From Anolis carolinensis (lineage: Eukaryota), in the NCBI RefSeq assembly GCF_035594765.1, contig NC_085841.1, forward strand, positions 144,073,574 through 144,137,573: DNA of 64,000 bases. Direction: 5' to 3'. The notes beneath the pieces are model-generated. The model made no database searches and was not told where the DNA came from. It was given only the letters and a program-made list of their open reading frames with translations. Shown here piece after piece: positions 43,109 through 54,700 of this stretch (the first letter of the stretch is position 1; each line of letters starts with the position of its first letter). A program made the translations under genes and the position numbers.

Positions 43109-44542
43109 GTTGTTCTGCTGAAGATGGCCACCAGTTTACCATTGTAGCTTTGAGAAAAGTGCAGAAATTCTGATTTCAAATAATTCCAAAGGGGTGAAAT
43201 CATAAGATCCATGTAAATCCACATTACTGAGGCCTCTTCCACACTGCCCCTATATCCCAGGTTCTGATTCCAGATTATCTTCTTAACCCATGATTATCTG
43301 ACAGTGAAGAGTCATATAATCCAGTTTAAAGCAGATAACCTGGGATCAGATCCTGGGATATAGGGCAGTGTAGAAGAGGCCTGAGAAACTGTCATAATAC
43401 TTTGTACTATTAGGCCGAAGTGACACCACCCAGTGACTTCAAATCATTCAAAGGGGCTACAATCAAACATGGGTCTGGGTAAATTCTCATAATTGCATTA
43501 AGAAACTAATTTAATAACAGAACTGCAAGGTCGGCTGAGGAGAAACTGCCATCATACTGTGTACCATTAACACAAAATAAAATTTTACACCATTACTATT
43601 GTAGTTATGCATTTGTTTGACTATTATGAAACATGTCAGATACAGCACAATCACCTTAATAGACTTGACTTTCTGGTAAAAATTTGCATGAATGTGACTG
43701 GAAAAGCTCAATGTGCTTCCCCACTGTCAAGAGGCCAGAAAAGTCATGTCTTATACACTGTTTCTCTGTGTATTGGCTATGGTAACACACCCCATTAATT
43801 CTTGGGATTTATAATGGGTGGAAGGGTATTCTAATTCTCATACAGAGAACTCAAGTAGGGACTCACTGAACTACAATCGCTGGGATGTCATAGGGTGAAG
43901 CCATGATTATTACAAAGGAATAACAATAGTGACACGTGAAAGGTTTTAATGGAATTTTTCTCCATGAGCAGGATCCCAACATCTTCTAGGTTTCTTTACA
44001 GCAAGACACCCCAGTTCTTTGAGGCATGAAATTTCAGAGTATCCCCAGCCTATTCAGAATTTAAGGTGTTTTTTTTTCTTGAAATTTATGTACTGGGAAC
44101 TGACTGGTGTTTTCTGTAATATTTATATTTATTGAGAAAGTTATTACCCCACTGTTTTCCCTGCCTGCAGGGCAGTAAATGCATCCAGTAAATCTACTTG
44201 AAGGATTTAGGAGGTTAACATGGACAGCAAGAGCACCTCAACGTTTGCTTCAAAGGTCCTAGAGAAACAGCCCAACTCCCTCAAAATACTGTCAGCGAAC
44301 ACAGTATTTTGCTCTCCTGATTCTTCTTTTCCCCTTACACAACTCACTGTGTGCTGGAAGAAGATGGAAGTTAGATGTTGCCTCTTCTTGAAGCTGGAAC
44401 AATTCCTTGTTAGTGTGACTGTGTGCCTTCTAGTCGTTTTCAAGTTATGCCAAGCCTGTTGTGAAGTTGCATAAGGGTAAGAGTGTGTGATGTGGCTGAG
44501 ACCTACCAGTGGCTAACCGTTGTGAAGCTTCTCTCGTAATAC

Positions 44543-44672
44543 ATTTTCAAAGACAGAAAAATCTGGTAGTGGCTTTCTTGTTGTTTCTTTCTCTTTCTCA
44601 TCAGCTTGTTTGATGGACAGCCTCATGATCATTTCACTTGATTCAAAAGCGCCTTTACGATACATATAAATT
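44543..44672 (-). pseudogene. Inverted, frameshifted GSTA-like exon remnant (homologous to coding exon 4 of the adjacent gene)
   Basis: tttacag|IYMYRKGAFESSEMIMRLSIKQADEKEKET..(shift)KATTRF..VFEN|gt aligns to [40 protein letters not shown]. It is 130 nt against 148, with internal indels. Confidence 0.75.
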
Positions 44673-44959
44673 CTGTAAAGAGAGAGAGAGAGCTCCAATG
44701 ATGCTGTCTAGCAAGTATGCCACCTAGTTTTCTTTAAATGGTGAAATACACAAAACTCATAGTATTATAACTCTGTAGTGTGGATGAACCTCTGATGAAT
44801 TGAATTCAATGCATTTTACTCAGATATGTTGTCCACATTGCATTCCTTTACATTAAGAGCATTTAAAAAAATCACACTCATAATTTATATTCATATAACT
44901 CACACAAAGCACTGAAAAAGGTGAATTAAATTTCCAAAATTAAATTAAATGCCCAAAAT

Positions 44960-45215
44960 TGGACAAAGTATTCCAGGTGAGGTCTAACCAACGCAGAATA
45001 GAGAGGCACCATTATTTCCCTCGCTCTAGACACTATATTCCTTTTGATGCAACTCAAAATCCCATTGGCTTTCTTTGTTGCTGAATCACACTATGGGCTC
45101 ATGTTCAACTTCTTGTCCATGAAGACTCCATCATTTTCAGATGTACTGTTGTCAAGCCAGGCATCACGCATCCTGTATCTGTGCATTTCATTTTTTTCTG
45201 CATAAGTGAACAAAT
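44960..45215 (-). mobile_element. CR1 LINE RT fragment
   Basis: Minus strand encodes a CR1-like C-terminal RT stretch (..[35 protein letters not shown]..). Confidence 0.7.
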
Positions 45216-45321
45216 CTTATGCATTTGTAAGGACAAAGCTTACATTTGTCATTGTTGAAAGGTGTTTTATTTTTAACCGACTTGGGCATTTTTTTAAGGG
45301 ATCCACTGGGGCTCTTTAACA

Positions 45322-45470
45322 GCGCTCCATGCAGTCATGCCGGCCACATGACTTTGGAGGTGTCTATGGACAACGCTGGCTCTTCAGATTAGGAATGGAG
45401 ATGAGCACCAACCCCCAGAGTTGGATACAATTAGACTTAATGTCAGGGGAAAACCTTTTCCTTTACCTAC
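45322..45470 (+). mobile_element. Sauria SINE 3' portion
   Basis: GCCGGCCACATGAC..GGAGATGAGCACC..AATGTCAGGGGAAAACCTTT..CCTTTACCT tail. Confidence 0.7.
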
Positions 45471-48334
45471 TGGGGCTCCTGGAACTTATCCCTTCTGGAT
45501 TAGAGCAGAGCTTTGCAAATGGAGTGTCGGGATACATGACACTCCATTTGTGTTACCAGTAGTCATCCAGCCTCAGTTTGAAAACATCAAGACAAGGAAA
45601 TTCCACTGGAAGAAAACCCAAAGGGTATCTAGTCCTGCCCCCTTCAGCCAAGAAGAAACGCACAGTCAAAGCACCCTTGGATAGACATTCATCTTCTGTT
45701 TAAGAAACCTCCAAAGAGGTTTAATGCTATAGAAGTATTGTGCTGGTGCTCTTCAAGCATAGATACTGTTATAACATTTATAATTTGCACAATTTGTTGA
45801 TTGAGTTGTAGTAGTTACTACTAAAACAGGTGCACGCTGTGCTCCTGTGGTTTGCTGGGTGAACTTTGGAAGATAACATGATGGAAGATTGGGAATGGAG
45901 GGAAACAGGTAGAAAAAATTGCAAGCCTGATAGTAACTTTCCACGCAATTTGTTTTGTAATTTCATAGCTGTTTCCATTTTCTCTCTCTATGTAATAAAG
46001 AGTAACTACTCGAATATTACAGGCTGGATTTATGAAAGGAGGGGAGAATGGTGATGTGGGGGAACTATACAACAGTAACTGTCTAGTTTTCCTGTTAGAA
46101 AATCTAAATGCTCTATGTCTTTTGCTTTTTTATAGATTTGATGAAACTGTGAGGTTTCATAGATCCTCAAGAGGAGATTAAGTATGCCAAATTGCACAGG
46201 TATCAGGAATCTCTATGTGACTATGCAGAATGAACATAGAACAAGAAGGGGTAGAAATTTCACTCCCTTTGTTATAGGGGCAGAATCACTACATCTCACT
46301 CACTTATTCTGTCTTTCCTCTCTTGCTATATCTGATGTCACGGGTTTGATCTGGGAAGTGCTCTTTCATGTCTTGGTCAGGAGGGCAGATGGGGAGTGAA
46401 TGGAATGCTGGGAGGGTGACTGACAGCCCATCGGAAGAACAGTTGGTGGTCGACAGTTGGTGCCGTGAAGTCGCCATGACAGAACAGGGATACGGAAGAA
46501 GGAAAGAGCGAATGAAGGGCTACGGCAGAGGGCTTGGGGGCCCTTTCGAGTGAGTCTCCTTTCCTACTAGAACGGTAGTGCCTATGAAAGACATTCAAGT
46601 GAGATGTCTGTCTTTTCTTCCCGCTTGGAGGAAAGACCACTGCAGAACGGCCACCATCTTCAATGCAACAGGGTCTCCCATATCATCTTCCCCAAAACTC
46701 ACCTTTCCTTTGGGAGGCATTTCCTTCCACCAGCCAGAAGCCACGGGCATCTTTGCCATTTTGGGAGATGGTAGCATCGCTCCACTTCTCCAAGTACTCA
46801 TCCACTTTAAGAGGGAAAACTTGGAGCTGGACAAGAAATCACCAGAAAAGAAAAAAGGAAAGATGCCAAGAAAGCATCAACCATCCACAAGAGGCAAGAA
46901 AGAACAAGCATAGACTGTGGATGAAAGAGACTTCACTGAGGGAGTGAAGAATAAAACAGAGAAGGCAAGGCATATCAGGTGGAAGGACAACAAGAAGAGA
47001 TGACACAACTAGGGATGAGAGAAACTCGGGAAGAATGGAGCATTTCAAACAATTAAAACAGGAAATCCAAGCTGACCCTGTCAGAAAGGGAAGACCTCTT
47101 CAAGAAGAGGGGAAGAAAATCACTGCTCCGACAGCAGACATAATCAAAACAGCAGGAGAAGCTTTGGAAATATGTCTAAGACATGAAGAAAAGCTCCATA
47201 ATATGCAGGGAGTGATTCAACAACTAAAAAAAACAAGCTGAATGATCAAATAAACCGAGTCAAACTTCTTTCCCTTGAAGATTGTGGGACGGAACAGCGA
47301 CAGGACTTTGGTGATGACAACGAGACAAGAATTGACTGCCATTTGTGCCCAGGTGGGACTGAAAACCCCTGACTGCGGAAAAACAAAAGCACAGATGGCT
47401 GCTACTGTTGCTGCAAGTTTGAAGAGGAATCGCTAATGGAAAAGGCCACAGAAAAGAAGGCTCCATCTTGAAGAAAAACAACTATCAACAGAACAATGTC
47501 TAGAAATTAATGGGGAGTCGATGTTAGTGATAAACAAAGGGGATTAAGGCTATTCTCTCTTTTTTCTCTATTTTTCCTTTCTTTTTTCTTATCTTTCTTT
47601 CTTTCTGTTATAATGTATATAATGTCAAATCAAATGAAATAGACATGACAAAAAGTTAGAAGTAGAAGGTCACAAAATAGAACCCACAAAGCAAACAGGA
47701 AGCAAAAGGTAACAAACAAAGGCCATCACCATGCTCACACAAAGAACAAAAACAATGTGAATTATCGATAGTTACAGATACATTATGGGGGAGGGTCAAA
47801 TTAGCTGCAACCCTAAGCATCAATCATTGATACAGCAATGCCAAGAAATTAATGGGGACTTCAATGCTTGTGATAAACAAAGGGGATGAAGGCATTTTTC
47901 CTCTATTCCTTCCTTTTCTTTTGTCTTACTCTTTGTTCTGTTATAAAGTATATAATGTAAAAGTAGTTATTAAGTTAATCATACTATTCCTTTAGTAATT
48001 AATATGGTATACCATATTAACTTGAGGACAATGCGCAAGTTTTCCGGCTACCTTACTTCGCTAATATCAGGGTACATTAGACAAAATAAGGGAAAGCTCT
48101 TACTTTTGTAAACTGCAGGGAGCTTGGTGGTAGATACCACACTTTCAAGGAACATGTTTAGCTGCAATTTCCCTTCATTTGCAGTTATGTTGGATATGAC
48201 TGATAGGAGACACAACCTCTGGAGGGTCTTACATTCTTCATCCTTGACCTCCTAGCTAATTGGGTGGGTTCTTCTCTATGACAAAAGGTGGTATATCAGA
48301 GCAGTCTGTTTATAAAAGAATAATCATAAACAAT

Positions 48335-48852
48335 CGCTAGTGCCGAGTATGATGGTCTTCCAGGGGCAGAGTCTTGGTGGTGGGTCCATTCTGGATCCGC
48401 ACGGTCTTTCACAGTGAGGACATACATTTCTCGACAAGGGTTTGCTTGAGGCGCCTTCTTCCTCTTTGCACATTTCTCTCATTTGTGCCTCTTCAAAATC
48501 CACAGCACTGTTGGGAATAGCTGGCCTCTAGTCAGAAGGCTCCAGGGCCAGGGCTTCCCAGTTCTCGGTGTTTATGTCTCACTTTCTGAGGTTAGCTTCA
48601 AGGTCATCTTGAAATCTCAGTGCTGCCCACTGACCTTCCATTTTCCGTTCTTACGCTGAGAGTAAAGGAACTGCTTTGGGAGATGGTGATTAGGCATTTG
48701 GACAACGTGGCCGGTCTGGTGAAATTGATGGTGGAGAATCATGGCTTCGATGCTGGTGATCTTTGCTTCTTCCAGAATGCTGACGTTTGTCTACCTGTCT
48801 TCCCAAAAGATTTGCAGGACTTTTTGAAGGCAACGCTGATGGAATTGTTCCA
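48335..48852 (-). mobile_element. RTE-clade LINE 3' fragment (related piece at ~33628-33745)
   Basis: TGHVVQMPNHHLPKQFLYSQRKNGKWKVSGQ resembles the RTE motif W.GHV.RMP..RLPKQ.LY.EL..GKR..G.Q. Confidence 0.7.
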
Positions 48853-48854
48853 TA

Positions 48855-50016
48855 AGTTCATTTTCATGGTTTCCTCCTTTCTGTTAAAATTGTCCACATG
48901 CTTGTGGATTTCAATGGCTTCTCTGAGTAGCCTGACATGGTGGTTGTTAGAGTGGTCCAGCATTTCTGAGTTCTCAAATAATATGCTGTGTCCAGGTTGG
49001 TTCATCAAGTGCTCTGTGATGGCTGGCTTTTCTGCAGTGCCTTTCATGTTCCTTGTTTCGTGTTTGGGCAGCGCTGTGCTTGGTGGTCCCTCTGTAGACT
49101 TGTCCACAGCTGCATGGTGTATGGTAGACTCCTGCAGAGGTGAGAGGATCCCTCTTGTCGTTTGCTGAACATAACATTTGTTGGATTTTCTTAGTGGGTC
49201 TGTAGATAGTTTGTAGGTTTCAACAGAAAGAAGGAAACAATGAACGAACAAAACCTGGCTACCAGGTGTGTTGTTCCAGTGGTCCAGCATTTGTTTGACA
49301 ACAAACATGTCAGACTACACAGAGAAGCTATTGAAATCCACAAGCATATGGACAATTTCAACAGATAGGAGGAAACCATGAAAATGAACAAAATCTGGCT
49401 GCCAGTATTAAAAAAGAACTCTCAAATCAGGACAGTAAATAAAGAACAACACTCAGAAAACAGGAGAATTCCAGACAAGAAACAATCAGGGCCAGCTAAC
49501 ACCTCCCAACAAAGGATTCTACCAACCAGTTGGCAGCCAGGCCTTGAAGCTGCAAGGCCATTCAATGCTAATCAAGGTGATTAATTGTAACATTTACACT
49601 TGCCTGAGACAGACAAGAGTTCTTTCTCCCACCCTGTACATTCCACAGCAGGCCCGTGGCCAGGATTTTGATTCGGGAGGGGCTGGGATTTTGGTTCGGG
49701 GGGGGGGGGCTGAGCCTGGGGGAGAGAGGGTCTACCCTAGCAAACCTTTTGTATCGTTATCCCAATACCCCCATGCATATGGGTTATATTGAGCATGGTG
49801 ATCAGATCATGATATGGATAAACATAACAGTTTAAATAATAAATGTAAGGCCTTCTCGCAGACCACCCTGAGAATTTCGGGGGGAGGGGGCTGAAGCCCC
49901 TCAAGCCCCCCCCCCCCCCCCCGCTACATGCCTGTTCCACAGATATATAAACCCCACTTGCTTAGTTTCCAACAGACCGCACAGCCTCTGAGGATGCCTG
50001 CCATAGCTGCGGGTGG
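48855..50016. mobile_element. Penelope-like element: GIY-YIG endonuclease fragment (minus, 48855-49220) plus inverted terminal repeat (plus, 49305-50016, resuming at 51175-51271)
   Basis: SAGVYHTPCSCGQVYRGTTKH..TRNKEHERH..AITEHL..PGHSILFE..HHVRLLREAIEIHKH..NFNRKEE; the same tail recurs in opposite orientation. Confidence 0.85.
49649..49934. mobile_element. hAT MITE inserted in the Penelope repeat
   Basis: CAGGCCCGTGGC..GCTACATGCCTG termini; perfect 8-bp TSD ttccacag. Confidence 0.85.
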
Positions 50017-50528
50017 TGTTGGGAATCATCCTGGACTACTCAAATCTAGATGTAGTTAGATAGATGATAGAGTTAGAATGAGAAAATCCTTTCCCTGTTT
50101 CCAAAGCATGCATAGACAGGCTTTACTGTGTTTCACTCTATCCTGTTTACGTCACATCCCTTACTTTGAAGTTAGTAGAAATGTGAATCTTCAGGGGCAC
50201 TAACTTCTCATTGGTCAGAATGTCTTTTATGGCCCCAATAAACTGGACCATGAGGTTGGAACCATTTTGGTTCTCTCTTCTCCCTTTGTTCTTCTAGCTA
50301 ACAAGAAGCATCTTGCTGTCTCTCCTGGCAAAATGTAACTATTTAGATGTTTGTTATTTTTCCTTACAAACCAGTCTAGAGTAGACTAGACAGCTCCCAA
50401 GCCTTTCTATCTACAATGGAGTTCTTTTTACCTGAATAAATACTTTTTGAACTTTTACTGAGACTCTGCAGTCCATTGCAATCTTAAATGGTCAAAGGCT
50501 TCTCTTTGCTCGCCCCATGTAAGTAACT

Positions 50529-50745
50529 GGGCCCGGGCTGTGGCGCAGGCGGGAGAGCAAGCCAGTGCAATTAACTGCAATGAATCACTCTGACCAGGAG
50601 GTCATGAGTTCGAGCCCCGCTCGGAGCCTATGTTTGTTTGTCTTTGTTCTATGTTAAAAGGCATTGAATGTTTGCCTATATGTGTAATGTGATCTGTCCT
50701 GAGTCCCCTTCGGGGTGAGAAGGGCGGAATATAAATGCTGTAAAT
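50529..50745 (+). mobile_element. tRNA-headed SINE with L2-like tail
   Basis: GGGCTGTGGCGCAGGCGG (box A) and GAGTTCGAGCCC (box B); tail CTGAGTCCCCTTCGGGGTGAGAAGGGCGG..ATAAAT. Confidence 0.75.
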
Positions 50746-50746
50746 A

Positions 50747-51054
50747 CAGTAGAGTCTCACTTATCCAACATAAACGGGCCGGCAGAATGTTGGATAAGCG
50801 AATATGTTGGATAATAAGGAGGCATTAAGGAAAAGACTATTAAACATCAAATTAGGTTATGATTTTACAAATGAAGCACCAAAACATCATGTTAGACAAC
50901 AAATTTGGCAGAAAAAGTAGTTCAATATGCAGTAATAAAATGTAGTAATAACTGTATTTATGAATTTAGCACCAAAATATCACGATATATTGAAAACATT
51001 GACTATAAAAATGCGTTGGATAATCCAGAACGTTGGATAAGTGAGACTCTACTG
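50747..51054. mobile_element. Tc1/mariner MITE
   Basis: TA|CAGTAGAGTCTCACTTATCCAAC ... GTTGGATAAGTGAGACTCTACTG|TA. Confidence 0.9.
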
Positions 51055-51429
51055 TAAATAAATAAATAACTGTTGCATTTGAAAGCTTTTGCTTTTGCTA
51101 CTCTGCTGATTTTTGGTGGAATCTCCCCCACAGAGGGTTAAATTGAGTCTAACCGCTCAAAGATTACCACAACAGGCAGAACGTCAGGAGAGAATGCTTC
51201 TGGAACATGGCCAGACAGGCCAGGAAACTCACAGCAACCCAGTGATTCCGGCCATGACAGCCTTCGACAACCTCTCAAGAGAGACTGCACTGCGGAATGA
51301 ATGCTAGGGAATAATGGGAGTTGTGGTTTGGTGAGGCACCAGGGAAGGCTCAAGGCCTTGTAAATAGTAATACTGTACTCCAGTTCTCAGGGCTCCACAG
51401 CACTGAGCCATAGCAGGGTCACCCTGCGT

Positions 51430-51780
51430 TCACTCTACAGTGCAGGTGGGCCCTCTTTCCCGCTCTGCCTGAGGGAAGATGTCCTTTCCCGCCATGGCTC
51501 CTCCTCCTCCTCCCATGGCGGGCGGGCGGGCGGGAGGGCTTGAGGAAGGGCTGCTGAGGCGGGAGAGAGGCCTCCTCCTCCTCCGCCTGCTTTTGGGCCC
51601 ATGGCGGCGTCGGAGGCCGGTTCCCGGGGCTGGCCTCTCCTCTGGCCCCGGCTGCTCCTCCTGGGGGACTCCATCACCGAGGTAGCCAGCCCGCAGCCCT
51701 CCCCGCCCCTCTCCCCGCCATCCTTCTGGGCCCCCTCCTTCCCTTCTCTTCCCGCCCATTGAGGGCTCCTGCATTGAAGG
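51430..51780 (+). promoter_or_regulatory. IAH1 CpG island / promoter with GC boxes
   Basis: GC-rich island with a (GGGC)n run at ~51518-51535, surrounding the first coding exon. Confidence 0.7.
51601..51681 (+). CDS. IAH1: IAH1 exon 1
   Basis: [27 protein letters not shown]. Confidence 0.9.
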
Positions 51781-54700
51781 GGGATCGTCTTTCTGTGCTT
51801 CAGGGATCGAGAGGGGCTTCTTTGCTGACATTCGGGGTGCTACCTTGATTAGCACTGAATAGCATCTTCAAAGCCTGGCTGCTTCCTGCCTGGGGGCCCT
51901 TCCACACAGCTCTATGTCCCAGAATATCAAGGCAGAAGATCCCACAATATCTGCTTTGAACTGGGTTATCTGTGTCCACATTGCCATATATCCCAGTTCA
52001 AAGCAGAAAATGTGGGCTTTTATTCATCTGTGTGGAAAGGGCCTGGGGGAAGGCTTTTTTTGGGAGGTGTGTTGTTAGAGAGTGGTTCAGAATTTCTGCG
52101 TTGAAAACCACCATGTCGGACTACACAGATAAACCATTGAAATCCACAAGCATGTGGACAATTTCAACAGAACGGAGGAAACCATGAAAATGAACAAAAT
52201 CTGGCTTCCAGTATTTAAAAAACTCTAAAATGAGGACAGTAAATAAAGAACAACACTCTGAAAACAGGGGAATTCACGACAGGAAAGAATCAGAGCCAGC
52301 TAACACCTCCCAACAAAGGATTTCCCCCAGAGAGGAAGCAGCCAGGCTTTGAAGCTGCAAGACTTTTCAGTGCTACTCAAGGTGATTAATTACAACATTT
52401 ACACTGGCCTCCAACAGGCAAGAGTTCTTTCTCCCAGAATGGACCTTCCACAGATATATAAACCCCACTAGTTTATATAGTGGAACTACAGCATTGAGCC
52501 AGGGCAGTTCAAGTCATGCCAAACTGCATTTATTCTGCAGTGTAGATGCACCTTATGTCATTTCCATGCATTGTCATTTTATACACATGTGCCTTCAAGT
52601 TAACGACACTATTAGGATCTCATCACACCAGAGCATGGATCCATTTTAATTCCTGTTACTGCCCACTGCAGAATTCTGGGGCTTGTAGTTTAGGGAGGGG
52701 GCTTTAAACTGCTCAGCCAGGCAGGTCCTGGGTCTCACTAAACTACAAGTCCTAGTATTCTTCAGGAGGTAGAAACTGGATTTAAAGCAGATCCATTTTT
52801 TAAATCATGTCAGAAGCTAATTGAGAATATACTGCAAGTCGTTTCTGGTGTGAGAGAATCAGCTGTCTACAAAGATGTTGCCCAGGGATTTGTTACCATC
52901 CTGTGGGAGGCTTCTCTTATGTTTCAGCATGGGAAGCTGGGGCTGACAAACAGGAGCTAACCAATATCTGCTTTGAACTGGAATATATGACAGTGTGGAC
53001 TCAGATAATCCAGTTCAAAGCAGATATTGTGAGATTGTTTTGCCTTGATTTTCTGGGTTATATGGCTTTGTGGAAGTGCCCTGGGTTATCTGAGTCCACA
53101 CTGCCATATATTCCAGTTCAAAGCCGATAATGTGGGATTTTATTCAACTGTGTGGAAGGGGCCTTAGTGTAATGGGACTTAGGCATCCATGGATTTTATT
53201 ATCCACAGGGGTCCCTGAACCAAACCTCAGCAGATATGGAGGGCCTGGTCTATAAAATGTAGCGCATTTCTGTGAGCCATTTTTGAGACCCATAATGCTG
53301 TAAAAACCACTTGCTCCCTGATTAGCTGGGTAAGGCATCACAACTGTAAATGATATTTGCTCTGAATGGAAATCTTAGTCAGTGTTTATTATTTTCTTTC
53401 TAGTTTTCCTTCCAAGAAAACGGATGGGGGGCATCACTTGCTCACAGATTAGCCAGGTAAGGTATTCTCAAAATGTCTGGTTTTTTATGTTTTCAAATTT
53501 CTCTGAAGAATAGTTAAGATGGATAAACTACCTGTGTCTAAGAACAAACATAGTTATTTTGAGACACAATATCCAAAGCATCAGTGTTGTTTTCCTTTCT
53601 GTTTCTGTTGTGGACATAGGCTGGAAATGTCATTTCCTCTCTTTTTCAATATGAACCAAGGTATTATTTTTAAAGAGATCATTGCATGACATGAAAGAAA
53701 AAGATTCCAGTGAGAGAAAGTTCCACACAAATTTTTGAGTGCCAAAATAGAATCCACTGCAAAGAAGAAAGATTCAGGTTGCAACTTAACAAAGTTTAAG
53801 GCAAAATGAGAAAGATTTCTGCAGCAAAGTTTGGGATTAAAATTCTTTTTCAGTTCACTGGCACTCTCTAGAGAGAACATACGATTGCACTAGAACAAAA
53901 AGACATCAGAACAGTTTCTAATGTTTTAAAATAGGGAGATTTTTGAGATAAAAAATGTGTATTCATTTCAGAAAGTGTGACGTCGTGAATCGTGGACTCT
54001 CTGGCTACAACACACGATGGGCAAAAATTGTCCTTCCAAGGCTAGTCTGTAAAGATTCTAATGCTAAGAATACCATTGCTGTAACAGTCTTCTTTGGAGC
54101 CAATGACTGTGCTTTAAAAGGTATAGCATATTTTAATCTTTATTTTATTGTTTTTTTATTCTTGTATTTTTTAAATTCTTTTTTGACTATTTCATGACAT
54201 TTGTATTATGTTATGTCAGATCCTTGAAAGCCTAAACACTAATGTCAGTTAGCTGAACTAAGGAAACATTATTAAGGTTTCAGGCCTCCATGTATGGACT
54301 AGCTTTTGTTTGAAGAATGTAAGGTCAGGCCAATTGTGTGCAACAGTCAAAAGGAGCTGTCTTTGAAAAGCATTTGGAAAAGCTGCCATATTTTGACTCT
54401 GGTTTTTAAGCAAAAAGCAATGCAATATATTAATCTGAAGAAGTGGATGGGATAATAACATGGAAGGTCCTTACACACTTCCCATTTCTTATCCCTCTTA
54501 TTTCAGCCAAAAATGTGTGCGTTCGGGTGGGGATAGGCCTCTCTTGTGTGTGCGAATTGTTCCCATGCAGATTATTTTAATACTTATGTAAAATAACATT
54601 TGTCTAGTGTGATTATTTAATTACATTTGTCCAGTGTGATTATTTTGTTTCTTCTCTTGAAAGTATTGCTCGATACTATTAGCTTATGGATGCGCATCTA

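Larger units (their letters stand above)
50017..51174 (+). mobile_element. Solo LTR containing a nested SINE and MITE
   Basis: TGTTG...CAACA termini; AATAAA at ~50435; 5-bp flanks ggtgg/ggcag; the Penelope sequence is continuous across it. Confidence 0.75.

Noticed and set aside
48620-49308. 182-aa and 189-aa ORFs
   Set aside because: Chimeric reads across RTE and Penelope fragments.
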